A model generated the notes under the pieces. It had not been told where the DNA came from, did not search any database, and worked only from the letters and a program-made list of their open reading frames with translations. A stretch of DNA of 64,000 bases from the IMG/VR virus record IMGVR_UViG_3300044615_000494; one strand, 5' to 3'. The stretch's first letter is position 1; every line of letters starts with the position of its first letter. Both the position numbers and the translations under genes were made by a program. This DNA comes from a virus. Below, piece by piece: positions 28,566 through 37,526 of this stretch.

Positions 28566-29978
28566 TTAGTCTGTGACTTTGAAAGAAAGAGCCTGGCTCA
28601 TGTCAGCCGTGCTTAGTTTAGTATATAGTGACACATTACCGTCAACTTTACCTGGCCACAACACTTTGAATACAAGTTTGCCGCCAACAACTCTAGTGAA
28701 AATTTGCATGAAGTTTTCATCTAGTAGTTCAAGAACCGTTTCTCTGAAGCCCGGAATCAATCCATCGTTGATGATTTTTACTAATTCTTTGGTCATGAAA
28801 TATACGACACTGCCGCCCGCTGTGCCTTTGCCCGGCTTCATAAAAGGTTCTTGTGTGAATTTTTTGAACTTGGCAGGGATAGGAGTAGTACCCTTCATCT
28901 TTATATTGGCGAGTACTTTGTCTACGTCATCGTTGCTGAACGGCATTAGTTTTCTTAGATAGTCAGGTATAGCATCTGGATAATGTTGTGATACCCAGTT
29001 CAAGCCCACGAATCCTTGTTTCACAGTAGAAGTAGAATTCATAGTACTGATGAAATCAAGACCGTTGCCGGGCTTAATCTTTCCCTTACGTTTTTCAACA
29101 CTTGACTTTAATCCACTCATTGCTGGAGCGGCACCGGTCGCAGTCTTACCTACGCCACCTTTACTACTGATCATGATAGTATGACCAGTCTGTGCGTTCT
29201 GTACGCCGTAACTGTCTGCGAGACTTGCGTTCTGCTCACCGGGGAAGATCAATAATAAATTATCTAAATTCTGAGACTTCAAGAATTTTAAGAATGCTTC
29301 CTTCTTGGGGAACTCTGCAACGTCTTTGACCATTGCCAATATGCCTAGATACTCGCCAGCATCGATAGCCATAGTCTTTTGTGTTCGTTCATCATATTGC
29401 TTGACCGAAGGATTTTGACCCTCGTTGATTTCTTTAGCAGCCTGCTTGATAGCCGCACCCAAATCTCCTGCTTTATCTAATGTAGGGTTGGACATGATCA
29501 CATCATATAACTTACCTGCAGGGATTTCTTTATGTGCGTCTAATGCGTCTTGTATCGCTTGGTCTGTGGTTACAACTTCTTTTTTCTTACCCTTGATCGC
29601 AGCCTTAGGATTTGTAGCGATGCCGATACCTATAGGCTGTACGTTGACTGATTGTGTCGCTTGACCAGTAGCCTTTTGTAGATCGGCCTTTTCAAATTTT
29701 TTAGTAGACATCAAGCCATGATCTTTGATTTTTACTTGTATGTCAGGGGCAGCAAACATTGGATTCTTTAAAAGAGCCTGCACAGTTTTTGTGACGACAG
29801 GTTCAAGTCTTTCGCCTTCACCTTCTTCAGGATAATACTCGTTACCTGCTTTATCTACGAAAGGTGTACCTGAGTGCAACTTACTGATAAAGGCGCTGGG
29901 TCTCCAAGTCAAATGTCTGGGATCAAACAATGCACTGGAATCTAGTGACTTTTCTGTTAAAAATTCTTTTGCTCGCAT
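28566..29978 (-). CDS. Hypothetical late protein (470 aa), possibly PD-(D/E)XK nuclease-like
   Basis: MRAKEFLTE start 5 nt after TAAATA; LADS...IMISSKG resembles a PD-(D/E)XK core. Confidence 0.6.
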   Translation of the reverse strand: MRAKEFLTEKSLDSSALFDPRHLTWRPSAFISKLHSGTPFVDKAGNEYYPEEGEGERLEPVVTKTVQALLKNPMFAAPDIQVKIKDHGLMSTKKFEKADLQKATGQATQSVNVQPIGIGIATNPKAAIKGKKKEVVTTDQAIQDALDAHKEIPAGKLYDVIMSNPTLDKAGDLGAAIKQAAKEINEGQNPSVKQYDERTQKTMAIDAGEYLGILAMVKDVAEFPKKEAFLKFLKSQNLDNLLLIFPGEQNASLADSYGVQNAQTGHTIMISSKGGVGKTATGAAPAMSGLKSSVEKRKGKIKPGNGLDFISTMNSTSTVKQGFVGLNWVSQHYPDAIPDYLRKLMPFSNDDVDKVLANIKMKGTTPIPAKFKKFTQEPFMKPGKGTAGGSVVYFMTKELVKIINDGLIPGFRETVLELLDENFMQIFTRVVGGKLVFKVLWPGKVDGNVSLYTKLSTADMSQALSFKVTD

Positions 29979-29997
29979 TATAGTATTTATTCAACTA

Positions 29998-30489
29998 CTA
30001 GCATTTGAAAAGTTGTTGTGTCTGGAACCATTTGTTATGATCATTAAATGTTTTTAATGGAATACTGTGCTTTTTGAATTTGTCTTTCCATTGATAAAAA
30101 CTAGGACCATGACTCATGATAGGATCCAGACCTTTCTTCATACGTCTCTTACTGTAAACATCCCATTGCCATTGATGAACCATCTCATGCGCTAGAGCCA
30201 TGATTAGCCATTGACGGCAATACCAACGCTCAGATAACAAAATGACGCATCTAGACCTGCCCCTATCATACATCGTGTCAGCACCATAGCATTGTCCCCA
30301 CATTTCCCTTAGTCTGGGTTTTACATGGATCTTGGGCATACTCAATCTGTCGTTAAATATGCTACTATTAATAAGACGATATAGAGCCTTAGTTTCCCTG
30401 ATATTGGTGACATAAGACATCTTTCTTTGATATGTCAGAGTAGGGAGTTCTTGGGACATTAAATCTTTCAGGGTAACATTATGATACAT
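29998..30489 (-). CDS. SprT-like zinc metalloprotease
   Basis: LAHEMVHQWQ and SHG..F..W. Confidence 0.85.
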   Translation of the reverse strand: MYHNVTLKDLMSQELPTLTYQRKMSYVTNIRETKALYRLINSSIFNDRLSMPKIHVKPRLREMWGQCYGADTMYDRGRSRCVILLSERWYCRQWLIMALAHEMVHQWQWDVYSKRRMKKGLDPIMSHGPSFYQWKDKFKKHSIPLKTFNDHNKWFQTQQLFKC

Positions 30490-30515
30490 GTCTCATCTCC
30501 TCTTTCATATGATAT

Positions 30516-30758
30516 TTATTTCTTCAAACTGTCTATATACTCTTGGTATTCCCGATTGGGGTGATTTGTCAGTCTTTTATGATACAGAAAAATTACGGTT
30601 TTAGCAGCCGTTCCGGGAAAAAGACCTGGAATAAACCCGTGCAACATACTTGCTATACCTGCCCAAATCAGTCTAAACCCGGCTAGAAACGCCCAAATTA
30701 AGTGGCTAAAGTAGGTTTCTTTGCTTTTTTCGAGGTGCTCTCGGCTTTTCTTAAACAT
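30516..30758 (-). CDS. Small membrane-associated protein (DUF6356-like)
   Basis: HL....ETYF.H...A...L..AG....HG..PGLF...A. Confidence 0.65.
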   Translation of the reverse strand: MFKKSREHLEKSKETYFSHLIWAFLAGFRLIWAGIASMLHGFIPGLFPGTAAKTVIFLYHKRLTNHPNREYQEYIDSLKK

Positions 30759-30825
30759 TGTTATTTTCCCTAAAATATTTATGTGTTATAAAAATAAGTT
30801 AAATAAGTTTTTAGGAGAAAAAACA

Positions 30826-31137
30826 ATGGACGCATTCGTATTAGTATTATTAGTCATCGCTGGTGGTTTAGCCGCACTTTGGTACTTCAATAGAGGTACT
30901 AAGGACTTCGATACCAACAAAGATGGCGCAGTCAATTTTGACGATGCTAAGAAGGCTGTTGAAAATACAGTTCAAGGTGTTAAGGCTGTAGCAGATGTAA
31001 ACAAAGACGGTACTGTTAATGTTGCTGATGCTAAGGAAGTAGTTGCTAAGGCCAGAAAGACGGTAGCCAAGAAGGCCGCCCCTAAGGCTAAGCCTGCTGC
31101 CAAGAAGACATCACCTAAACTTAAAGTAGCAAAATAA
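30826..31137 (+). CDS. Membrane-anchored protein with two EF-hand-like loops and a Lys/Ala-rich tail
   Basis: N-terminal TM; DTNKDGAVNFDD and DVNKDGTVNVAD; AGGAG RBS; start reassigned to 30826. Confidence 0.75.
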   Translation: MDAFVLVLLVIAGGLAALWYFNRGTKDFDTNKDGAVNFDDAKKAVENTVQGVKAVADVNKDGTVNVADAKEVVAKARKTVAKKAAPKAKPAAKKTSPKLKVAK

Positions 31138-31144
31138 GACCGAG

Positions 31145-31834
31145 ATGGAGATAGGATTTGATTTAATCGGCGATTTGAATCTAGACCCAGAAGAAAGTTT
31201 CAACTGGGAGGGCAAAGCAACCAGCCTGTATTGCATAGTCGCTGGAAATGTTAGTGATGACTTAAGAACAGTTTTTCAAACTTTAAGTCACCTAAGCAGA
31301 TTCTATCAAGGTATTTTTTATGTTCCAGGATTAGAAGAGTACAAGAACAGTACTGACTTCGAAATCAGGACTAAAGAAATTCAAACTTTAGTTAGAAGAT
31401 TACCTAAGGTTGCGTTGCTATACCATCATGTAGTAATTATTGATGGTATAGCAATACTCGGCATCAATGGCTTCAGCGCAGATAATCCTGATGACATTGA
31501 TATACAATTGATCAAGGCTAGACTTGATGATATCGCATATTTGAATAAGAGTGTGGCTAAACTACAAACTCATTTAGATGTGAAGAGCATTCTTGTTGTC
31601 ACAGCATGTGTTCCTAGCAAGCAATTATATTTTGGTAAAGTACCGGAACACGTTGACGATCATATATACCCCGATCATTGCTTTAGTGTTGATACTGAAA
31701 TGAAAATCACTCATTGGGCCTATGGTGGCTCAGATACAGTAGCCGAGACTGTATATCAGAGTGTGACCTACATGAATAACCCATATAAAAAGAAAGGGCC
31801 ATATTGGCCCAAACGTGTTGGAATAGAGACTTAA
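31145..31834 (+). CDS. Degenerate metallophosphoesterase-like protein
   Basis: IGDLNL, VAGNV, YVPGLEEY and HWAYG align to MPE motifs but lack the His ligands. Confidence 0.6.
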   Translation: MEIGFDLIGDLNLDPEESFNWEGKATSLYCIVAGNVSDDLRTVFQTLSHLSRFYQGIFYVPGLEEYKNSTDFEIRTKEIQTLVRRLPKVALLYHHVVIIDGIAILGINGFSADNPDDIDIQLIKARLDDIAYLNKSVAKLQTHLDVKSILVVTACVPSKQLYFGKVPEHVDDHIYPDHCFSVDTEMKITHWAYGGSDTVAETVYQSVTYMNNPYKKKGPYWPKRVGIET

Positions 31835-32146
31835 TTATTTCTCTGCTTCAACTTTGACTTGCAATGGATAGCCCTGTGATCTGGCTTCCAGGGTTACTTC
31901 AATACCTTTTTGTTCTGCAATCTCATAAGGAAGCACAGCAACTACTGCGCTACCGTTATCATGAATATCTTTTGTGATAGTAGTGGCAGTATCTGGATTA
32001 TAATTGAAATATTCAATCAATGAACCAACAACAAATTCCATAGTAGTAACTTCATCATTCATATAGATGATTTTATACATAGGTGGTTCTTGTAGTGCGT
32101 GATTGACTTTGATATGTTGTTTTGTTTCTGGATGTGCGTTTGCCAT
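31835..32146 (-). CDS. clpS: ClpS N-degron adaptor
   Basis: P.MYKIIYMNDEVTTMEFVV..L...F...IH..G.AVVA...YEIAE.K...YPL; start MANAH with AAGGA RBS. Confidence 0.92.
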   Translation of the reverse strand: MANAHPETKQHIKVNHALQEPPMYKIIYMNDEVTTMEFVVGSLIEYFNYNPDTATTITKDIHDNGSAVVAVLPYEIAEQKGIEVTLEARSQGYPLQVKVEAEK

Positions 32147-32209
32147 TACTTTGTTTCCTTTGTTAAAGTGTTCGCAGCCTGATGACTGCGAACACATGCT
32201 ACTACTATA

Positions 32210-32656
32210 TTATTTATTGTAGGAAATTGCAATCTTCTTGGGTTGCAACTCGTCAGGTACTTGACGTTCAAGGGTGATTCCCATGATACCATTGTTAACA
32301 ACGGCGTCAGATACTTCTACATGGTCGGCGAGAGTAAAAGTGCGGGTAAAATTACGGGCACTGATACCACGATATAGATACTCAACATTACTGTCAAGAT
32401 CCACGCTCTGGCTACCCTCAATAGTAAGTAGGTTCTTATCCACAGTCACGTTGATATCCCCTTCCTTGAAACCAGCAACGGCCAATTCGATAACAAACTT
32501 GTTGTCGCTATGTTTCACAATATTATATGGGGGATAGTTTGTGTCTTTTTGCTGATTGGATAGTCTTAGAATTTCATCAAAGACTCCATCAAATCCGACT
32601 GCAAACTTGTGAATCGACGGAATGTCGAAGGAACGTAGTGTTAATGTATTTGTCAT
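32210..32656 (-). CDS. ibpA: Small heat-shock protein (Hsp20/IbpA family)
   Basis: YPPYNI, IELAVAGF, YLYRGIS.R.FTRTF.LA and NGI..I.LER..P. Confidence 0.95.
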   Translation of the reverse strand: MTNTLTLRSFDIPSIHKFAVGFDGVFDEILRLSNQQKDTNYPPYNIVKHSDNKFVIELAVAGFKEGDINVTVDKNLLTIEGSQSVDLDSNVEYLYRGISARNFTRTFTLADHVEVSDAVVNNGIMGITLERQVPDELQPKKIAISYNK

Positions 32657-32716
32657 TTGTTTTCTCCTTTATTAAGCAAGATGACTATTGTAGACCCGAC
32701 TATCGGCATCTACAAC
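32657..32716 (-). promoter_or_regulatory. ROSE-like RNA thermometer candidate in the hsp20 5' UTR
   Basis: 5' hairpin (UUGUAGA/UCUACAA plus CCGA/UCGG), then UCUUGCUU-AAUA-AAGGAGA: the UUGCU motif pairs with the SD with a bulged G. Confidence 0.7.
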
Positions 32717-32762
32717 AGTATTTATTATAACGTGTTTCGCAATAAATTAAAGTATTTAGGAA

Positions 32763-32984
32763 TTAAAACTTAGACTTAGGGAGATTTTGTTGGTCTATTT
32801 GTTTTTTCCAACGTCTTTTGGCTAATTCTCTAGCGAGTTTCTTTTTGACGCTAGGTTTAGTATATGTCTCTCTATCTTTAAGTTCTAATAGTAAGCCGGA
32901 CTCCTGCACCTTTTTCTTTAGTTTTCTTAGTGCTTTTTCTACGTTTCCGTCTTTGACTATTACTTTTCTACCGTATAAATTCAT
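32763..32984 (-). CDS. rpsU: 30S ribosomal protein bS21
   Basis: V.V.DGNVEKALR..KKK....G...EL..RE.Y.KPS..K. Confidence 0.9.
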   Translation of the reverse strand: MNLYGRKVIVKDGNVEKALRKLKKKVQESGLLLELKDRETYTKPSVKKKLARELAKRRWKKQIDQQNLPKSKF

Positions 32985-34198
32985 ATTAATGTCTCAGGAT
33001 TTTTCACAAGGTCCTGAATAATATTTATCTCCGCAACGTCACTTTCCTTGTATCTGCTGATGTTAAACATGTGGGGCATGAGTACTCGTTCTAGTTCGCT
33101 TTGTATGCCCCTAGCACCGGTTTTTAACTTAAGACAGTTATCAGCCATCTGTTCTATAGCACCCTTGCTAAATTTGAGTTTGATCTTGTCGATGCTGAAT
33201 AGATATGTATATTGATCAATTAGATTGTTTTTGACCTTGGTCATGACTTCGACTAACTGTTTCTTATCTAAATCCTCTACAGATATAGAAGTAGCGAATC
33301 TACCAACAAATTCAGGTATCAAACCAAATCGTGTCAAGTCGTCCGGACTTACTCTATCTAAGAAACTTTCATCAGTATTTGGCTTTACTTCAGCATTGAA
33401 GCCTATGCTGGTTCCCTTGATGCGAGACTTGACGATATCGTTCAATCCTACAAACGCACCGCCCGCTATGAACAATATGTTCCTAGTATCAATCATATCC
33501 ATCTTGCCGTCAGGGTGCTTTCTCCCGCCATTAGCAGGAATACGACAACGTGTTCCTTCTATCAGTTTCAGTAGTGCTTGCTGAACGCCCTCACCACTAA
33601 CGTCACGGGTGATACTAGTGCTTTCGCTTTTACGTGCGATCTTGTCAATCTCATCGATGAATATGATTCCACGTTCGGCTAGTTGTATATCTCCACCGGC
33701 TTCTTGTAATAACATAGCGATCATGCTTTCGACATCATCACCTACGTAGCCCGCTTCAGTTAAACTTGTAGCATCGGCTATGACAAAAGGAACACGCAAA
33801 AACTTAGCGGCTGTCTTAGCCAATAAGGTTTTACCGGAACCAGTAGGACCTAGCAACAATACATTACCTTTTTGAATCTCAAGATTATCCGGCGGATGCA
33901 TGATACGCTTATAATGATTAGCGATAGCGACAGACAAGGTAACTTTAGCGTTATGTTGCCCGACTACATGCCCATTTAAGTGATCATAAATGTTTAGGGC
34001 ATCTACATCTCTTAACGCCTCTAACATCTGATGTTGTTTCTCATCATCAGGCTTTATGTCTTTACTAACAAGATCGTGGCATAGATACGTGCAATAATCA
34101 CATATTGCTACCTCACCGGACACAATTAATTTTTTTCTTTTATCCTTATGGGTACCACAAAAAGAACAGGTTTCTAAATGTTTTTCTTCATCACTCAT
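32981..34198 (-). CDS. clpX: ATP-dependent Clp protease ATPase subunit ClpX
   Basis: C4 zinc domain (CSFC...CDYC), GPTGSGKT, GYVG pore loop, IIFIDEIDK, RDVSGEGVQQALLK, IGF loop, GARG. Confidence 0.96.
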   Translation of the reverse strand: MSDEEKHLETCSFCGTHKDKRKKLIVSGEVAICDYCTYLCHDLVSKDIKPDDEKQHQMLEALRDVDALNIYDHLNGHVVGQHNAKVTLSVAIANHYKRIMHPPDNLEIQKGNVLLLGPTGSGKTLLAKTAAKFLRVPFVIADATSLTEAGYVGDDVESMIAMLLQEAGGDIQLAERGIIFIDEIDKIARKSESTSITRDVSGEGVQQALLKLIEGTRCRIPANGGRKHPDGKMDMIDTRNILFIAGGAFVGLNDIVKSRIKGTSIGFNAEVKPNTDESFLDRVSPDDLTRFGLIPEFVGRFATSISVEDLDKKQLVEVMTKVKNNLIDQYTYLFSIDKIKLKFSKGAIEQMADNCLKLKTGARGIQSELERVLMPHMFNISRYKESDVAEINIIQDLVKNPETLI

Positions 34199-34227
34199 GA
34201 CTTTACTTAGTGCCTTAAATTGTTATG

Positions 34228-35175
34228 TTATAATTTGCAATCACGTGCCGCAACAACATCTACGTATATATCATATATGACATCTGCAGGTACTGTCAGT
34301 TTAATGCGCATGGTTCCTGCATTGCGGTCATTGCCGAATACAGTTAATCGATTATTTACGCCTATGCTGTAGAATATGCCGCCTGCTCGGTACTCAGGAT
34401 TATAACAGATATTCAATACTTGTCTGCCGCGATCATCTCTAGCCTTTACCTTCAGACGCAGTTCGTTTTGGTTTACAAACTTGCTTTTTAGATAATCAAG
34501 TCTATGTAAATCATCGATGAAATATTTATTGTGCTTACCTAACAATAAATCATTAGGATTTTTAGCAGAAACATTGATCACCCCACGGCCTATAGGAGTC
34601 TCTATCTCAGAGAATATCTCATTCATCGATGTGACAAAATTGTAATTCCATCTGATATCATAGGGTACCATCAGATAGAAGTTTCTATATGAATCTGTTG
34701 TAAAGTATGGATTTTTAGTTTGTTGCAAATTATAGGCACGATAAGGATAATCGCGAAATACTTCATCAATTAATCTATCGCCTTTCTGCTGTTCATGGCG
34801 AATAGTATGTACTTGTGCATTGACGATATTACTGTCAAATTGATTTTTAGAATTAGATTTGCTGAACAATCTTTCGGATGTTTTGTTATTGGTCACCGTC
34901 ACATTGATCTTTATTTGAGTACCAATATCCTCTAGTATCTCGTATTTCTCTACACGACAACTACTGTATGAGATTACTTGATCATGAACCGTCTTTCCGT
35001 TGAAATGTTCACGGTCGCTTAACACGGCAGTACCGCATATATTTTCTATGGCAGTACGGAAAGCGTCCTTCTTGGCAGATTCGCGGTCGGCACCATAACC
35101 ATATACAGTTATAGATTCAGCACCGACCGCGATTCCCGCAAATGATAGAAGGATCGCAGTAGCGATCTTCTTCAT
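34228..35175 (-). CDS. Secreted/periplasmic protein with signal peptide (LPP20-like N-terminal domain)
   Basis: MKKIATAILLSFAGIAVGA signal; G.G....A.KDA.R.A pattern. Confidence 0.65.
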   Translation of the reverse strand: MKKIATAILLSFAGIAVGAESITVYGYGADRESAKKDAFRTAIENICGTAVLSDREHFNGKTVHDQVISYSSCRVEKYEILEDIGTQIKINVTVTNNKTSERLFSKSNSKNQFDSNIVNAQVHTIRHEQQKGDRLIDEVFRDYPYRAYNLQQTKNPYFTTDSYRNFYLMVPYDIRWNYNFVTSMNEIFSEIETPIGRGVINVSAKNPNDLLLGKHNKYFIDDLHRLDYLKSKFVNQNELRLKVKARDDRGRQVLNICYNPEYRAGGIFYSIGVNNRLTVFGNDRNAGTMRIKLTVPADVIYDIYVDVVAARDCKL

Positions 35176-35176
35176 A

Positions 35177-35815
35177 TTAGCCGCCAGCAATCAAGCCACG
35201 TACTTGTCGAATGTCATTACTATCATACTTGTTCCAATTGATAGTACATGCCACAGTCTTGGGATCTACAAGATTAGTCTTACTGATCGCAAAACCTACA
35301 AGACGACCTTGAGCATTAACAGTAACAGTTCTGACGATATCAATGTCAGTGTTGATCAATGCTTCGCGGACGCTATAGTTGGTATCCTTGTTAGGATCAT
35401 CGGGACTCATAGAAACATCAGGTCCGATCTCAGTTTGGCTCTTGAATCTATCCTTCTGATTCTCGTTCTGGTTGTTCTTAGTAATAGTACGGCGATTTTC
35501 GGAAACGTTCATACCAAACACATAAGCGACTACGTTAGCACGGGCATTATCACACGCCATACTAGTCGTAGACTTCTGAAGCAATCGGGTAGCACCAACA
35601 CTAGGTTGCACACCTACAGCCTGAATGCCGATCACTTCGCACTGTTTGCTATTCCATAGCCACCCGCACTTCTTATCAATCTTGATAGTCTCGCCGGGAA
35701 CGTTTGTTGCGAAAGTTTGAGATTCGATTGTGGGAATCTCGCCCTTCTTAGGACCATTACTAGAACAACCAGCAATAGCCAATGCAACACCTGCAACAAT
35801 TAAACTAGACTTCAT
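35177..35815 (-). CDS. Lipoprotein (LPP20-like)
   Basis: Lipobox IAGC after a hydrophobic leader; GGAG RBS; own TTGACC-17-TATAAT promoter. Confidence 0.75.
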   Translation of the reverse strand: MKSSLIVAGVALAIAGCSSNGPKKGEIPTIESQTFATNVPGETIKIDKKCGWLWNSKQCEVIGIQAVGVQPSVGATRLLQKSTTSMACDNARANVVAYVFGMNVSENRRTITKNNQNENQKDRFKSQTEIGPDVSMSPDDPNKDTNYSVREALINTDIDIVRTVTVNAQGRLVGFAISKTNLVDPKTVACTINWNKYDSNDIRQVRGLIAGG

Positions 35816-35874
35816 AAACGTTTTCTCCATAGTTGTGAAACGTATAATGATTATAGAATAGTCTACTGTTTAGG

Positions 35875-36495
35875 TCAAGTGTTTTGGTTACCTTTTAGAT
35901 GTGCTTCTATCTCAGCCTTTTCGTCATCGCTGAATACATCCAAATCGTATTCGCCCGAATTCAATTTCTCAATCAAAAACTCAATGTACTCCTTGTTGTA
36001 CATATAACTTTGGCTAGTGTTCTTATTTTGCTCTAACCATTTTTTACCGTCAAACTTGAATACACGATTTGGTAACACATCTACGCGAACGAATATATCA
36101 CCTTTCGCGGCTATTTTGGGAAACTGTGTTCCAAATCCTGTACTCTTTTGAGCACCTAAATCTGCTTTGGCAGAGAATAAATCCGGACGCAATTCTTTCA
36201 GTGCGTTGCTCTGATATAAAGAACTATTGAATTCTACGTAGCCGTTACCTACATCCTTTAAAGGGGTAACACCCTCAGTTATTATTTCTTTGGGGGCAAC
36301 AACTTCTTGAACAGATTTAATATCGGGCTTCGGCTCCAGTTTGTTAGGTTCTTCCAACTTAACTTTTCTTTTACGTTTAGTTGGCTTAGGCTGGAACGTA
36401 ACTTGCTTGAGAGGTTTGACGGGCTTAGTGACTTTATTTGGTCTAATCTTGGCAACTTTAAGTTTAGGTTGCTCAACTTTAGCCTTTCGCTTAAC
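35875..36495 (-). CDS. -1 frame C-terminal extension of the 37487 gene (track shows only 35875..36357 from a TTG start)
   Basis: Frame is open from the A9G run at 36495 (VKRKAKVEQPK...) to the stop at 35875 and closed by TAG at 36513. Confidence 0.7.
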   Translation of the reverse strand, partial: VKRKAKVEQPKLKVAKIRPNKVTKPVKPLKQVTFQPKPTKRKRKVKLEEPNKLEPKPDIKSVQEVVAPKEIITEGVTPLKDVGNGYVEFNSSLYQSNALKELRPDLFSAKADLGAQKSTGFGTQFPKIAAKGDIFVRVDVLPNRVFKFDGKKWLEQNKNTSQSYMYNKEYIEFLIEKLNSGEYDLDVFSDDEKAEIEAHLKGNQNT

Positions 36496-37487
36496 TTTTT
36501 TTTTACAGGACTATCCTGCTTTACTTCTTCTTTAACTAAGCCGCCGTCGGCAGTGAGTTCTGCATCCCCTGCTTTTGGCTCAATAGGCTCGCTTGTTTGT
36601 TCTTTTTCTTCAGGGGTTAATGGTAGATATCCTGCTGTGGTGGCCGGAACAAACTCTTCCTTCTTTTCAAATTCCCATTTATAACTACTGATTGCGGCGA
36701 TCACAAGCATCAATGCTAATGGGTCAAATACAAAAATCAATAGTATGATTACCCAACGGACGGCCTTTTCTAACAACGCATTGTCTGGGTTGTCACCATA
36801 TATCAATGCCGCGATATATTTTATAGGACCTACTTCTGCTTCAATCTTACGAAACTGAGTGGCTAACGGAGCCTTTTCTAAACTCAATGCCTGTATAGTC
36901 TGATTTGATTTTTCTATACGGGACTGTGCATCATCAATCTCTTTTGTATATGCCTGTCTATCTCTACGCTGTGCGGCTCTTATCTGTACGGATCTTTCTG
37001 CACTTGCCTCACTAGTGCCGCGATCCAGTCTTGCGGACACTTGAGCATCCATCTGTGATAATGCTCTGCGGGCAGATTCTATATTTTCGCGCTCACTGCT
37101 TATCAATTCACGCTGAATAGCGATCTTCTCATCGATTAAACTTATCTGAGCAGCCACATCGCCTGTAGGTATACCCTGATCCATATGGGCTTTGCTTAAG
37201 AAGCCGAATATGCCCATGCTTGTGACAAGTGCTAATACTGCTACAGCACCTGTCAAATATGTTTTCATCAACCATCTACATCTTTCCCAATATCGGTGCA
37301 ACCATATCGTTGTAACAATCTTGGCTACCTCGAGACTACCTCCCATGATGATCACGGGTATGACGGCGGCAGCGAATATAGCGGTCAAACCGACTACGCT
37401 ATACCAGGCTGCTATGGCACTGAGCGTTAATGCTGTGATTAACGCTAATGTAGATAGGCTAAATACTTTCCTTATTAATAGTGGCAT
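36282..37487 (-). CDS. Multi-pass membrane protein with long coiled coil (401 aa in 0 frame; about 537 aa if frameshifted)
   Basis: Three N-terminal TM segments, GFLSKAH, coiled coil, VGPIKYIA and IFVFDPLA motifs; start 5 nt after TAAATA. Confidence 0.85.
   Translation of the reverse strand: MPLLIRKVFSLSTLALITALTLSAIAAWYSVVGLTAIFAAAVIPVIIMGGSLEVAKIVTTIWLHRYWERCRWLMKTYLTGAVAVLALVTSMGIFGFLSKAHMDQGIPTGDVAAQISLIDEKIAIQRELISSERENIESARRALSQMDAQVSARLDRGTSEASAERSVQIRAAQRRDRQAYTKEIDDAQSRIEKSNQTIQALSLEKAPLATQFRKIEAEVGPIKYIAALIYGDNPDNALLEKAVRWVIILLIFVFDPLALMLVIAAISSYKWEFEKKEEFVPATTAGYLPLTPEEKEQTSEPIEPKAGDAELTADGGLVKEEVKQDSPVKKKLSERLKLSNLNLKLPRLDQIKSLSPSNLSSKLRSSLSQLNVKEKLSWKNLTNWSRSPILNLFKKLLPPKK
36495..36517 (-). 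promoter_or_regulatory. Candidate -1 frameshift signal: A_AAA_AAG heptamer with AGGA 12 nt upstream
   Basis: In-frame GTA AAA AAA AAG; 9-A run at 36496-36504. Confidence 0.6.
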
Positions 37488-37526
37488 TAATATATTTATT
37501 ACGAATTGCACCAAAATAAGTGCATA

